Shown here: positions 51,453 to 64,000 of the stretch, piece by piece | How positions within the stretch are numbered: position 1 is the first letter of the stretch | How the letters are laid out: every line of letters starts with the position of its first letter | NCBI GenBank assembly: GCA_030390025.1 | Contig: CM059432.1 | Span: forward strand, 126,916,001 to 126,980,000 | Length of the DNA: 64,000 nt | Reading direction: 5' to 3' | From: Squalus acanthias | Taxonomy: Eukaryota | Position numbers and translations under genes: made by a program | Notes under the pieces: model-generated | Seen by the model: the letters and a program-made list of their open reading frames with translations, nothing else | Database searches by the model: none | What the model was told of the DNA's origin: nothing

Positions 51453-52348
51453 GGGGGAGAAATTCAGTATCGCCCCATTTGGGGTGCAATTATCGGCCGG
51501 GCGCAAAGATTAGTGCCTGGCGCTAATTATCACCACCGACTGCAAACTTGACTTTTATCGCCCCTGGAGGTGATTGGAGCGCTAAATCAGGCGCTTCACT
51601 CCTGTCTTAAGGCGCAATGGCCGAGGAGCGAGGCGCTACCTCAGAGCGCTGGCGAAGCTCATGTGATGTCAGTCAGCAATGGAACACAGACACAATGGCG
51701 TGGGCTAGTTCTTAAAGGGGAGGGTTGATCTTGCTTTCCATCCACATCCTGCTCATTGCAGCCTTGAATCTCGGCCTGGAGAGACCTGCACATCAAATCT
51801 GCTGGAAAGAACAATGGAGAGGCCCAGGGAAAGAGCTCAGAGTGCAGCCCCCACAGTCTCTTCTAAATCGATACAAGGAAGGGCAAATCAAAATGAACCT
51901 GCAAAGTGCTGCTCAGTACCCAAAACTCCTTCACACAGCATTGAATCTCTCCAGAAGTCTCTCTCTCTCTCTCTCTCAGAATGCGTGGTTCAAAAATGTC
52001 ACCAACAATAAAAGGCAGGAAGCGGTCACCTTTAAATAGCACTCCCCCAGTCCCTTCCTGACTGCAAAACGCTCCCCTCAACCTGACGTTGCTAGCGGCA
52101 GGTGGTAAGGCAGGGGGCGCCACTCAATATCCGCTCCGGGGCGATACCGGGGCATTGCGCACTCGACTGACGTCACGATCTGCCGGCGCAGGAGATCGTG
52201 GCGGTAGTGTTTAGCGCCGCCGCAAAATGTCTAGTTAATTTCGCGAGCGGCGCAAACATCGCCGCACCCGGGCGCTAGATGCTTTGCGCCCCATTAGCGC
52301 CCTCTTAAGGCGCTAACGGGAGGCGCAACCAACTGAATTTTTCCCCCC
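51453..52348. mobile_element. Non-autonomous Harbinger element, inverted relative of 9674-10551
   Basis: Reverse-complement similarity along its full length; atg flanks (homopolymer makes the ends uncertain by 1 bp). Confidence 0.9.
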
Positions 52349-53489
52349 ATGGTGTTCACTTCCCAGCACTACTTCATCCAAATTTCTCCAAGCTCACAGG
52401 TAATAGCTGGTTTATGCTGGAAGCATTCAATTCAAATATTGTACTTGTGCGATTTTATTGGTGATAATATGCTGGAGGTGGTCCGACAAAAATTTCTCTG
52501 TTCTCTTTACAAATATAATACAGTTTCACAAAATCATTCTTTAGTTTCCCTCCCTGCGCTACACATACGTTCAAAATAATAGGCCGTCAATGTCCCTCAT
52601 TGTCCAGCTTAGGAAACTGGGCGTTTAAAAAAAATTCTTTGCCGTAAGTTTTTTTTGTTGAAATGTTGCCCTCATCAAGGAGAGAGAATGCTGGTGCTTG
52701 TGAATGGAAGTTAGTATGAAGTTATAATTCTGAAAAGATGATTCGGAGGAGATCATTGCTCTGTTTCTGTGCTGTTGTTTATTCCACTGGGGAGTAATGC
52801 AAGCGTTACCATTTTGGTTGTCCAATAGCCAGGACTCTCGGGTCAGGTACAGATGCCGAGTAAATATCCCTTTCACAATGGGCTAAATTCCACTGTGCCT
52901 CAGCCCCAAAGAGCCCTTGCTGCACCACTGTCAGTTTTTCTACTTCAGACACTAGCCATTTATGGCCTCTCTGGGTGAGTTTGCCAATTTTGGGGCATTT
53001 TTGTGCTGTTGATCTACACTCTTTGATCTTAGTTCCGAGATGTGGAAGGCCACTGTGATGACCCATTGCCAATCAATAAAATGACAAGTGTAATGCTGAT
53101 TCATGATAAATAATCAATTAGATAAGACTAGAATTTCTATTTCAAGTAAATGTGTTCACACTATGTGGAACCAGGCTCAGACATACTGGCAGTGATGAAA
53201 TCATTAACAAGGAAAGCATATTGGCCTGGATTTTGTGTTAAGAATAACAGTGAGGCTAACAGTGTTCACCGTTACCAAGGAGTAAATCGAACAGCAACTT
53301 CCAGCGTCTGCACATGCGCAGTTAAATGCGGAAATCCTGAAGTTGCGGTCTGAGTTATCCTGCTTCTCCACAGGCTGCGCTGTAACAATCCTTTCCCAAA
53401 GATACGGCACAGAAATCAGTGTAACGGCGTGAGGTTGCGGTACTTACCCACTGGTTACCTATTAAACACACCAGAAAATGCATTTTTTT

Positions 53490-56481
53490 TAAATTCATTC
53501 ATGGGATGTGAGCGTCTCTGGCGAGGCCAGCATTTATTGCACATCCCTAATTGCCCTTGAGAAGGTGGTGGTGAGCCGCCTTCTTGAACCGCTGCAGTCC
53601 GTGTGGTGAAGGTACTCCCACAGTGCGGTTAGGTAGGGAGTTCCAGGTTTTTGACCCAGCGACGATGAAGGATCGGCGATATACTTCCAAGTCAGGATGG
53701 TGTGTGACTTGGAGGGGAACTTGGAGGTGATGGTGGCGCCTGCTGCTCTTGTCCTTCTAGGTGGAAGAGGTCGCGGGTTTGGGAGGTGCTGCCGAAGAAG
53801 CCTTGGCGAGTTACTGCAGTGCATCTTACAGTGCATGGTACACACTGCAGCCACGGTGCGCCGGTGGTGGAGGGAGTGAATGTTTAAGGTGGTGGATGGG
53901 GTGCCAATCAAGCGGGCTGCTTTGTCCTGGATGGTGTCGAGCTTCTTGAGTGTTGTTGGAGCTGCACTCATCCAGGCAAGTGGAGAGTATTCCATCACAC
54001 TCCTTACTTGTGCCTTGTAGATGGTGGAAAGGCTTTGCGGAGCCAGTAGGTGAGACACTCGCCGCAGAATACCTAGCCTCTGACTTGCTCTTGTTGCCAC
54101 AGTATTTATGTGGCTGGTCCAGTTAAGTTTCTGGTCAATGGTGACCCCCAGGATGTTGATGGTGGGGGATTCGGTGATGGTAATGCCGTTGAATGTCAAG
54201 GGGCGGTGGTTAGACTCTCACTTGTTGGAGATAGTCATTGCCTGGCACCTCTGTGGCGCGAATGTTACCTGCTACTTATCAGCCCAAGCATGAACGTCGT
54301 CCAGGTCTTGTTGCATGCGGGCATGGACTGCTTCATTATCTGAGGAGTTGTGAATGGCACTGAACACTGTGCAGTCATCAGCGAATATCCCCATTTCTGA
54401 CCTTATGTTGGAGGGAAGGTCATTGATGAAGCAGCTGAAGATGGTTGGGCACTGCCCTGAGGATCTCCTGCAGCGATGTCCTGGGGCTGTGATGATTGAC
54501 CTTCAACCACCACAACCATCTTCTTTTGTGCTAGGTATGACTCCAGCCAGTGGAGAGTTTTCCCCCCGATTCCCATTGACTTCAGTTTTACTTGGGCTCC
54601 TTGATGCCACACTCAGTCAAATGCTGCCTTGATGTCAAGGGCAGTCACTCTCACCTCACCTCTGGAATTCAGCTCTTTTGTCCATGTTTGGACCAAGGCT
54701 GTAATGAGGACGGGAGCCGAGTGGTCTTGGAGGAACCCAAACTGGGCATCAGTGAGCAGGTTATTGGTGAGTAAGTGCCGCTTGATAGCACTGTCAATAA
54801 CACCTTCCATCACTTTGCTGATTGAGAGTAGACTGATGGGGCGGTAATTGGCCGATTGGATTTGTTCTGCTTTTTGTGGACAGGACATACCTAGGCAGTT
54901 TTCCACATTGTCGGATATATGCCAGTGTTGTAGCTGTACTGGGACAGCTTGGCAAGAGGCGCGGCTAGTTCTGGAGCACAAGTCTTCAGCACGACAGCCG
55001 GGATGTTGTCGGGGCCCACAGCCTTTGCTGTATCCAGTACGCTCAGCCGTTTCTTGATATCACGTGGAGTGAATTGAATTGGCTGAAGACTGGCTTCTGT
55101 GATGGTGGGGACCTCAGGAGTAGGCCAATATGGATCATCCATTCGGCACTTCTGGCTGAAGTTCTTTAATGGCCCACGACTGGATGTGGTAGGACTGCAG
55201 AGCTTCGATCTGATCCGTTGATTGTGGGATCGCTTAGCCCTGTATATAGCATGCTGCTTCCACTTTTTAGCATGCATGTAGTCCTGTGTTGCAGCTTTCC
55301 CGGGTTGGCACCTCATTTTTAGGTACGCCTGGTGCTGCCCCTGGTATGCTTTTCTACACTCCTTATTGAACCAGGGTTGGTCCCCTGGCTTGATGGTAAT
55401 GGTAGAGTGAGGGATATGCCGGGCCATGAGGTTACAGATTGTGGTGGAATACAATTCTGCTGCTGCTGATGGCCCACAGCATCTCATGGATGCCCAGTTT
55501 TCAGCTGCTAAATCGGTTCTGAATCTATCCCATTTAGCACGGTGGTAGTGCCACACAACACGATGGAGGGTGTCCTCAGTGTGAAGACGGGACTTCGTCT
55601 CCACAACGACGGTGCAGTGGTCACTGCTACCAATACTGTCATGGACAGATGCATCTGCGACAGGTAGATTGGTGAGGACGAGGTCAAGTAGGTTTTTCCC
55701 TTGTGTTGGTTCTCTCACCACCTGTCGCAGGCCCAGACTGGCAGCTATGTCCTTCAGGACTCGGCCAGCTCGGTCAGTAGTGGTGCTACCGAGCCACTCT
55801 TGGTGATGGACATTGAAGTCCCCTACCCAGAGTACATTCTGTGCCCTTGCTACTTTCAGTGCTTCTTCCAAGTGGTGTTCAACATGGAGGAGTACTGATT
55901 CATCAGCTTAGGGAGGGTGGTAGGTGGTAATCAGCATGAGGTTTCCTTGCCTATGCTTGACCTGAAGCCATGAGACTTCATGGGGTCCGGAGTCAATGTT
56001 GAGGACTCCCAGGGCCACTCCTTCCCGACTGTATCCCACTGTGCCGCCACCCCTGGTGGGTCTGTCCTGCCGGTGGGACTGGACATACCCACGGATGGTG
56101 ATGGAGGAGTCTGGGACATTGGCTGAAAGGTATGATTCTGTGAGTATGACTATGTCAGGCTGTTGCTTGACTAGTCTGTGGGACAGCTCTCCCAATTTTG
56201 GCACAAGTCCCCACATGTTGGTGAGGAGGATTTTGCAGGGTTGACTGGGCTGGGTGTGCCGTTGCCATGTCCGTAGCTGGTGCTGAGGTCAATGCCGGGT
56301 GGTCCGTCCAGTTTCATTTTTCTTATTGTGTTTTGTAGCAGATTGTTACAACTGAGTCGCTTGCCAGGCCATTTCAGAGGGCAGTTAAGAGTCAACCACA
56401 TTGCTGTGGGTCTGGAGTCACATATAGGCCAGACCAGGTAAGGACGGCAGATTTCCTTCCCTAAAGGACATTAGTGAACCA
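53490..56481 (-). mobile_element. Second long copy of the single-ORF EN-RT LINE family (5' end truncated within the SINE-like UTR)
   Basis: PDIVILTESYL, VGDFNVH, LDLVLTN, SDH (EN); AVGPDNIP, QFGF, DIKAAFD (RT). Confidence 0.9.
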
Positions 56482-56558
56482 TTGAGGAGTAAGTGAATTT
56501 TTAACACTGTGCTAAGTGATAATTAGTGCCAAACAACCTCTCTGCCCCTGAAAATTTA

Positions 56559-56692
56559 TGATGCGGAGATGCCGGTGTTGGACTGGGGTGGACAAAAGTG
56601 AGAAGTCGCACAACACCAGGTTATAGTCCAACAGTTTTATTTGAAATCATTTCAAATAAAACTGTTGGACTATAACCTGGTGTTGTGCGACT
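56559..56692. mobile_element. Minimal Penelope pLTR fold-back insertion with 12-bp TSD
   Basis: Inverted arms agtcgcacaacaccaggttatagtccaacagttttatttgaaat; cctgaaaattta at 56547-56558 and 56693-56704. Confidence 0.85.
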
Positions 56693-58784
56693 CCTGAAAA
56701 TTTAATTTTACACGTGTGTTGTCTCAGTCCTTCAGAATTGAATTAGTGTTGGAGATTTAAAAATAACTTTTTTTTTACTTTTTCTTTGTCTCTTTTATCT
56801 CTCTCTTATTCCCATCTTTCTTTCCCAATCTTTATTTCACTTTCTGTACATGATTTGACATTGAATTAAATCTAATTTATATTTCCTGATTTATACTTCC
56901 TGGTTTAGACTCTGTGTGTCTCAGTGAAGATTCTTCAATCTGATTGGTTGAAAAACCTCGCTGTTGCTTGACCTGCTCACAGATGCCACAGATCCCCTGG
57001 AGAGGGAGTCGTGTTGGAAATGATCTCTAAATAGCACAAGTTGCCACTCAAAATCTCGCCACATGTTTGTGGGCAGCTGTCAGCGTGATGAACGGCGAGC
57101 GCCATTCCTTCATGCTGACTGCAAAATCCCGGCCATTAGTTTAGTTGGAAGTGAGGCAGACTCATCTGCAATCAGGCTAAACCAGTATATGCAAATAATT
57201 ACAGTACAAGACAACAAGCACACCACTGATATTGAATTCAAATTATTAAGGACTTACAAGCAGATCAATTAAAATATAAAGCAATGGCTAGCTATGAATA
57301 ATAGGTGCATGCAGTCACAGGCTGTTCTTGAATGCAGCAACCTGTATGATTGCTTGAGCTATAAGTCCATGTACAAGTTCAAGACATGAGAGTGCCTGCA
57401 CGCCTCGATTTCATCCCCTGCCCATCCATTATTTTGTATATTACATGGAAATGGCTGTTAATCCCTTGGTCCTGTCATAAACAATGACCAATGCTGTGAC
57501 AGGGTGAGGGTGTTACAGAAGTGAGGAAGGCAACAGCAATGAAGGAGAATGGGAATGTGTCGCTGTAGGCAACACAGCAGACACAGAAATCTGTTATGTG
57601 CAAAACTACAAAACAATGATCTGTTCAAGTTGATATTTAAAAGTGCATCTTACAGGAATGAACATCATGGGCTAAATTTCAGTGGATATTACAGGCTAGA
57701 CATCACTGTTGCTGATGCTAGCAGGCAAACACCAAATCACATTCCTTTATCCACTGTTTTAATGGAGGGATGAACTAGTTTATTGTAACTGGGTTAACAC
57801 GGCTTTTAAAACAGCAGACAGAGGAATGTTATATGAACATGTTATGCATTTGTTCATTAATGTTGCCAAGAGAACTTCTAGTTTTAGATGTGTGAAGTTG
57901 GCGTTTTGTAGCGTGAGTTGGCAGCCAGCATTTTTCCACCTTGATTAACATTGTGCAACATTCTAAAGTCCCACTGTGAACTCGGGCAGATTTTGTGTGC
58001 TGGCACATTCTTCACTTATGCTAACAAATAACATCAGGTTTGTCTGAAGTTGTAATTCTGTAAAGTAAAATCAGAGGCGAGAATGACCCAGTTTCTATGT
58101 TATTGTTAATTCCACCAGAAAATGGTATAAGCAAAGAGATGTTCATTGAGTCTGAGAGTAAATTTCAAAATAGTAAACGATTACTGAAGATGTTGTCCCA
58201 ATCATTTTGAGGAGGGGCAATTGTCCATTACAATCTACTGTCTCCCCTGATTTGTATTGATTGGTCAGGTACAGTTGGTTTGGACTCTCTAAATAGCTGC
58301 CATATTGTGAGGTGTTTGTTGAAAGGACTTCAAGCGACAGACTCCGATAAATTATATATTACTACTGCAGGAAAAAGACAGCTTACAGGTGTTACTGCAT
58401 TTCTCAGCTGCCTGCTGGAGTGGCCGTAGGTCCATCAGAAACACAATAATGCCTTATTTCTCTAGTCATCATAACATTGCTCAGGAGAACACCCTAAAGG
58501 CCTGTCTGGTATCAGTTGCAGGTATCTGTGCGGCGACTGCGAATAGATTACCTTAACAATAATAGTCCAGCAGATTTGCAGGGCTAAGAATATCAGCACA
58601 GATATCTGTGAATGACTCAAACTCCAAACACAATTGTTTCTTTTGTATATACTAGCTGGAAGGCTTTAAGGATAGAGAACTGAATGGGGCTGGCTGCTGG
58701 TTCAGTAACTATGTTGGAAATTTCTGTGCCCTTCGGTTCTTTTTCAGGTAACAGAGGCTTTAGTTCCAAACATAATAACAAGAA

Positions 58785-59170
58785 TGTTTACATTTATTTA
58801 GCATTTTATCATGCAAAAAACATCTCAAAGTGCCTCATATATAACAAAGTGCTTTTGAAGTGCTGTGACTGTCGCCATGTATCCAAATGTGCCAGCTATT
58901 GTCCCACAAACAGCCAATGGGTTGAGTGACTAGTTAATATCTTTTGATGATAATGGTTGAAGGAGAAATATTGGCCAGGACATAAAGACCGCACCTTTCT
59001 TCAAATAATGCTGTGAGATCTTTAATGTCCACCTGAAGTACTGGAAGAGGCAGACAGCACATTCACTTTAACGTGTCATTACCTCTGGCAATGCAGCACT
59101 CCGTCAGTACTGCACGGGAGTACCAGTCCAGATTATGAGCTCAAAGTCCTGTTACGGGTCCTGAAGCCCC
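58785..59170 (-). mobile_element. Degraded DeuSINE / SacSINE1-like SINE
   Basis: Colinear similarity with 11320-11726. Confidence 0.6.
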
Positions 59171-60526
59171 AAAACGAAGCTGAGAATGGTATAATAATGC
59201 ACTTATATCTGTTTAAGTAGTAATAACGTGCACAATTTGGGATGCTGAAAATGCATTTCTGTTGTTTAGACATCACACTGTAGGCTAAAGAAACTTGAGT
59301 TTACTTTGTTTCCGATTTCTTTTAGTTTAACATAGCAACCCTACAGGGTATATCGTGGGTCTGTCAGAAGTGTCTGCTGAGGTGAAGCCCGAGTGGGAGG
59401 TGCACAATGAGATAACGTGGCTGCTAGGGACATCAGTGATGCTGTTACACATAAAACATTTAAGAGTATTCAGTCCTGGTGCAGTGCACTGTTAATGGAG
59501 AAAAATAATGGGCACATGTACTTACAGATAGAATAATTGTACCACAGAATCTATTTACAAAGATGAACAGAGAAAAGGGCTCACTGCCAAGAACATTCTG
59601 AAAAGCAGTCTACTCACAGAAATGAAAATATAATTTATTTCTAGGACAACGGTTAAGTTGCTTTTATTATTGATTTGAAAATTCAGTATGCATAAAATAA
59701 ATGTCCAGGTGTGTTGATGTCATATAAAAACACAAAATATTTTTAAAATTGATATAGAAAACACATGGGTGTTGTTTTTATGCGACATTGATTTTTGGGT
59801 TCATCATAATCCAACATTGAAGATAAAGCAATAGATTTATGAAGGTTTAAAACATTCAGCAGCACTCATCAAGTTGCCTGTCGCATTACAACCTCCATTT
59901 TACAAACGGCTTGACCCGAATCTGGATCTGCCTGGATTACTGATACAGCACTCGCTGGATTTTAGGGAATTCTCTTGCTCAATCTGATATACTGGCTTGA
60001 ATTTTAACATTAAAGAGTGAGTGGGTTTGGGAGCAGGTAGTTAAAAGTGCTGAAATTGACAGCACCTTGGGAAGCCGGATTCAACCCGCCGGCTTCCACC
60101 TTTAACTCGAGCAGGTTAAGCAGCGCGCGAGAGACCCCCCCTCGAGAGAGAGGCGGGTTACCTATTTAAACAAATTAAGAGACAGTTATGAGGCTATTAA
60201 CAGCCTTTTTTACCTGTGGTTTGAGCTTTTACTGGGTGTCCATGGGATTCACGGGCTTGCTGAAACTTGCCAGTGAAAGTAAGGCGAGAGCACAGTGGCA
60301 ATTGAGGGAGCTGAACAAATGACAGGCAAAAAAAAATCACATAAATACTCAGACCTCACACCTGCTTCCTTGCCTGAGGGAAAGGCTTTTGCTGACACCA
60401 CTTGTTCTGAGAGTTTGCTTTCAGGAGTTTGCAGGTGATTTTCTACAACTTTTGGAGGTCACCCTCACTACATTGGAGGATTGTGTGTCTGATCTCAACT
60501 TTACATCTGTCAAATATCAGATCAGC

Positions 60527-61730
60527 ATGGGTGCCGCTTATGCTGTTTCACTTTGGATCTCAGATGAGGACCAAGATGAGCACCAGCAGCACAAGCAGGA
60601 GCAACAACAGCCTTCTCCTCACTGACCTGCTGCTCCACAGGTGAAAGGGGATGAGCACAGGGGTGCAGCTCGCAGGAGGCAATACCCCCAACACAGGATA
60701 AACAGGCAGAGGATCAGCTTCCTGGACATGACTGAACACCAGTGCCTCAGGAGGCTCAGGCTATCGTGTCAGGTCGTGGAAGACATTTGTAGCCTGCTGG
60801 AAGAAGACCTGCTGCCAAGTGGACCTGGTGGACACGTATTACCAGTGGCTGTCAAAGTGACTACCGCCCTCAACTTCTTCGCATCAGGCTCCTTCCAGGG
60901 ATCTGCAGGAGATATTTGCAGGATCTTGCAGTCGGCCGCCCACAAATGCAGCACACAGGTGACCGATGCCATGTTTGCCAGGGCAGGCAATTATGTACAC
61001 TTTGCCACTGATGAAGTCAGTCAGAATGGGCGGGCGCTCGGCTTTGCGGCTCTGGCTGGCTTCCAACAGGTGCAGGGCGTCATTGACTGCACACATGTGA
61101 CCATCAAGGCACCCCCAGATCACCCAGGAGTGTTCACGAACCGTAAGGGCTTCCACTCTCTCAATGTGCAGCTCGTCTGCAACCACAAAAAGATCATCAT
61201 GCATGTGTGGGCCAGATTACCAGGGAGCTGTCATGACTCTTTCGTCCTGCACCAATCCACCCTCCCTCAGCTCTTCACACCTCCAAACAGACTTACCGGC
61301 AGGCTGCTTGGAGACAAGGGCTAGCCACTGAAGACGTGGCTGATGACACCCTTGAGGAGTCCAAGCAATGAGGCCAAGGAGCACTACAATCAAAGCCAAA
61401 TGAGGACGAGATGTGTAATAGAGCAAGCATTCGGGATGCTGAAGATGCGCTGCCGAAGCCTTGACATATGTGGAGGAGCCCTTCAATAAGCACCGGCCAG
61501 GGTCTCCAGAATTATCGTGGTCTGCTGCGCTCTGCACAACATAGCACAGCAGCGAGGATGGAGCTACAGGACGAGCAAGGCGCAGAGCGCAGAACCTCTT
61601 CGGAGGAGGAATAGATACAGGAGGAACAGGAGGAGGAGGAGGAGGAACCTGAAGTGGACATGGCACCAGCAGCGGTGCACATTGCTGCCTGGGATGCCCA
61701 GGATGGCCTCATAATGGCCAGATTTAGTTA
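60527..61730 (+). pseudogene. Harbinger DDE transposase with in-frame stops
   Basis: [22 protein letters not shown] followed by stop, CCALHN. Confidence 0.92.
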
Positions 61731-62438
61731 GGTTGCACCAGTGCACCCATATGGCACCCAGATGCTGAACCAACTTCCCGCCCCGCCCCGCCCCACCACC
61801 ATAAAGCAGTCCTAAAATGACCAAACCATTCCTGTCACACACACCCATTGCTCGCAGTTAAGTCTTGTCTTACCATTCACTCCAACTGACGAGGCCACTT
61901 GCCAGACAGCTGGCAGAAGTGGGCAAGACGGGAAAGTGGTTCAAAGAAATAATTTGATGTGGCTCAAAATGTAAACAGAAACTTAACAATCTAACATTTT
62001 GTAACACACTCATGTGCATCCCTTGTGTATCTAGAATTCTTTCATCTTCCTCTTCCTACAACTCCTACGCTGTGCAACCCCTGTGGCTTCAGCAGAGGTA
62101 GAGGCAGGCTGCTCACTTGCCTAGTCTGACTGCGGAGATGCTCTTGGCCGACATCCTCTGGATTTTGGAACCCGTGAGGGTCCCGCCAAAGACTGGTCCA
62201 CCTGCATCTGTGCAGGAGCAGACTCAGCCATCGGGATATCAGGCAGCATGTGGGGCTCTGACTGAGGGGGGGGGGGCAATGGGGGAGCACTTTGAGCAGA
62301 GTCTCCACTTCCATGTCCCCTTTCACGATCATCCCTCTCATGGCCCACCCGCACTTCCCTGCTAGCAAGGAGCTGGAGCGCACTTTGCTGCACATCAGTG
62401 GGGCAATGAACAGCCAAGTCTAGGTTTCTATCCATCCT

Positions 62439-62690
62439 GAGAAGTCGCACAACACCAGGTTATAGTCCAACAGATTTATTTAATATTACAAGCTTTCGGA
62501 GCTATCGATCGCCCCTTCTTCAGGTAAAGTTACTGTGAGTGAGTAGATTCACTCACAGTAACTTTACCTGAAGAAGGGGCGATCGATAGCTCCGAAAGCT
62601 TGTAATTTTAAATAAATCTGTTGGACTATAACCTGGTGTTGTGCGACTTCTCATTTTTGTCCACCCCAGTCCAACGCCGGCATCTCCGCA
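62439..62690. mobile_element. Penelope pLTR fold-back insertion (252 bp) with 12-bp TSD
   Basis: About 100-bp near-perfect inverted arms plus ~38-nt tail; tctatccatcct at 62427-62438 and 62691-62702. Confidence 0.9.
62564..62605 (+). ncRNA. Hammerhead ribozyme motif; mirror copy on - strand at 62486-62527
   Basis: ttac-CTGAAGA-a-ggggc(gatcgata)gctcc-GAAA-gctt-gtaa. Confidence 0.72.
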
Positions 62691-64000
62691 TCTATCCATC
62701 CTAGTTAAGGTGGCATTCAGAGTGTGCAAGCTGTTGCTCAGAGCAAGCACGCACTTGTTTGAATGCCGTGTTTGATGCTCCATGCAGGTGGCCACCCTTT
62801 CCAAGGACGAACACATCACAGCCATGGCCTGTGACATCATGCTGGAGATGGACTCCTCCATTCTCCCTGCAAGTGAGCACATCGCGACTGGAAATCCTGC
62901 CAGAGCCTCCCGCATTTTCTGTTGCTCCTCCAGAATCATCCGCTTTGTCGACGGCCTCCGAGGTTCAGCATCTGAGTCCAGCTGAGCAGAGCTTGGAGCG
63001 TCCTGCGCCCTCCGACGAGGACTCTCCACTGCTGCCCCTGTCTCCACCATCTGCTCTGCTCACGTGATGTGTGAGACACCAGGTGACAACACTACTTTCT
63101 GACTTAGTGGTCCCACTGACGTGTGTGTATCTATGCTGATGCTCGGTGTACATGGTCCTGTGACGGTGCCCCCACAGAGTTCGCGACCTCCTCTGAGTCG
63201 TCGTCTTCCTCCTCTGGCTGGACTGTATGGGGGACACTTGATGGGCCTGTGGGAGAGTAAAGGCATGAATTAGAACTGTTATGATAAGAATGTTTTATGT
63301 TACCATATGCACATGATCATATTTCACTGGCTGCTGACATCAAGTCAACATGAGTGACTGTTGTATGCCATGTGGCTGTGTGATATTTAATTCTGTCACC
63401 ACTAGCTGGGAGTTCCCCCTCTCTCCATCTCCCACCACCAGCAGCTCCGCAACTCCGCTGATCTCTAGCGCCTCCTCCTCTGCTGCAGTCAGTGGTGTCA
63501 TGACTGGAGGGCCTCTCCTGGGTGTTCTGTGCTCTCTTCTCCTGCAAGGAAGGAAACAAGTGACCTTTGAGTGAGAGTCATGGAATGAGTGGAAGGGATG
63601 GATGGGCAACATCTGCAGAGGGTGACCATGAGGGAGAGACGTGACATTGCATTAAGATGAGGGCGAGTGTCAGTGGTGGATGGTCAGATGGGGATGTGAG
63701 TAAGTGTGTAGACAGAGAGGGATGGTTAGTGTCAGGAGTGATGTGCAGGAGGAGGCTTGGGAAGGCAGAGTGAGGGGGTTGGGGTGACACGCACATCAGG
63801 ATGTAGTTGAATGTAGCATTGTACTCACCTTTCCTGCCCTCATGAGGTCATTAAAGCACTCCCTGCACTGGATCTACAACCTGGCTACCACACTCCTGCA
63901 GAGATCTCCAGCAATGCCTTCTTGGTCCAGGCAGCTGGCCTCTTCCTCCCATCAGCAGGGAAGAGGACCTCCCTGTGGGCCCTGACTCCCTGGAGCAGGA

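Larger units (their letters stand above)
53223..57134. mobile_element. Harbinger-type MITE, ATT TSD, expanded by a nested LINE and a PLE insertion
   Basis: ggcctggattttg / caaaatcccggcc; att at 53220-53222 and 57135-57137. Confidence 0.85.
59994..64000. mobile_element. PIF/Harbinger transposon copy 5 (runs off the window end); closest to copy 2
   Basis: Left end ggcttgaattttaac; transposase on +, Myb-like gene on -. Confidence 0.88.
62045..64000 (-). pseudogene. Harbinger Myb/SANT-like gene (partial), interrupted by a PLE insertion
   Basis: aag|gtgagt donor at 63828; EKRAQNTQER exon 2; exon 3 homologous to 20558-21520. Confidence 0.82.

Noticed and set aside
59340..59500. Possible exon in a GC-richer patch
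   Set aside because: Open frames exist on both strands but no convincing splice pair or recognisable product.

Overview
Repeat-dominated vertebrate DNA. The repeat mix (CR1/L2 LINEs, DeuSINE/SacSINE1-like SINEs, Penelope pLTRs) suggests a shark or other cartilaginous fish; this is an inference. No host gene can be confidently called; the sequence looks intronic or intergenic, with three weak exon candidates. It holds five PIF/Harbinger transposons, each pairing a HARBI1-like DDE transposase convergently with a spliced three-exon Myb/SANT-like gene; the copy at 43367-47643 keeps an open 364-aa transposase. About ten Harbinger-type MITEs are also present. Retroelements include several CR1 LINEs (one near full length, with an SGNH-esterase ORF1, 5' tandem monomers and a duplicated 3' UTR), a single-ORF EN-RT LINE family whose 5' end is a tRNA-derived Pol III head shared with an ORF-less SINE, an old L1/Tx1 fragment, two solo LTRs (one 1.66 kb with a 4-bp TSD), and Penelope-like pLTR insertions carrying hammerhead ribozyme motifs. 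There is also an isolated 28S rRNA fragment containing the sarcin-ricin loop. Nesting is extensive. Boundaries without a stated TSD are approximate.
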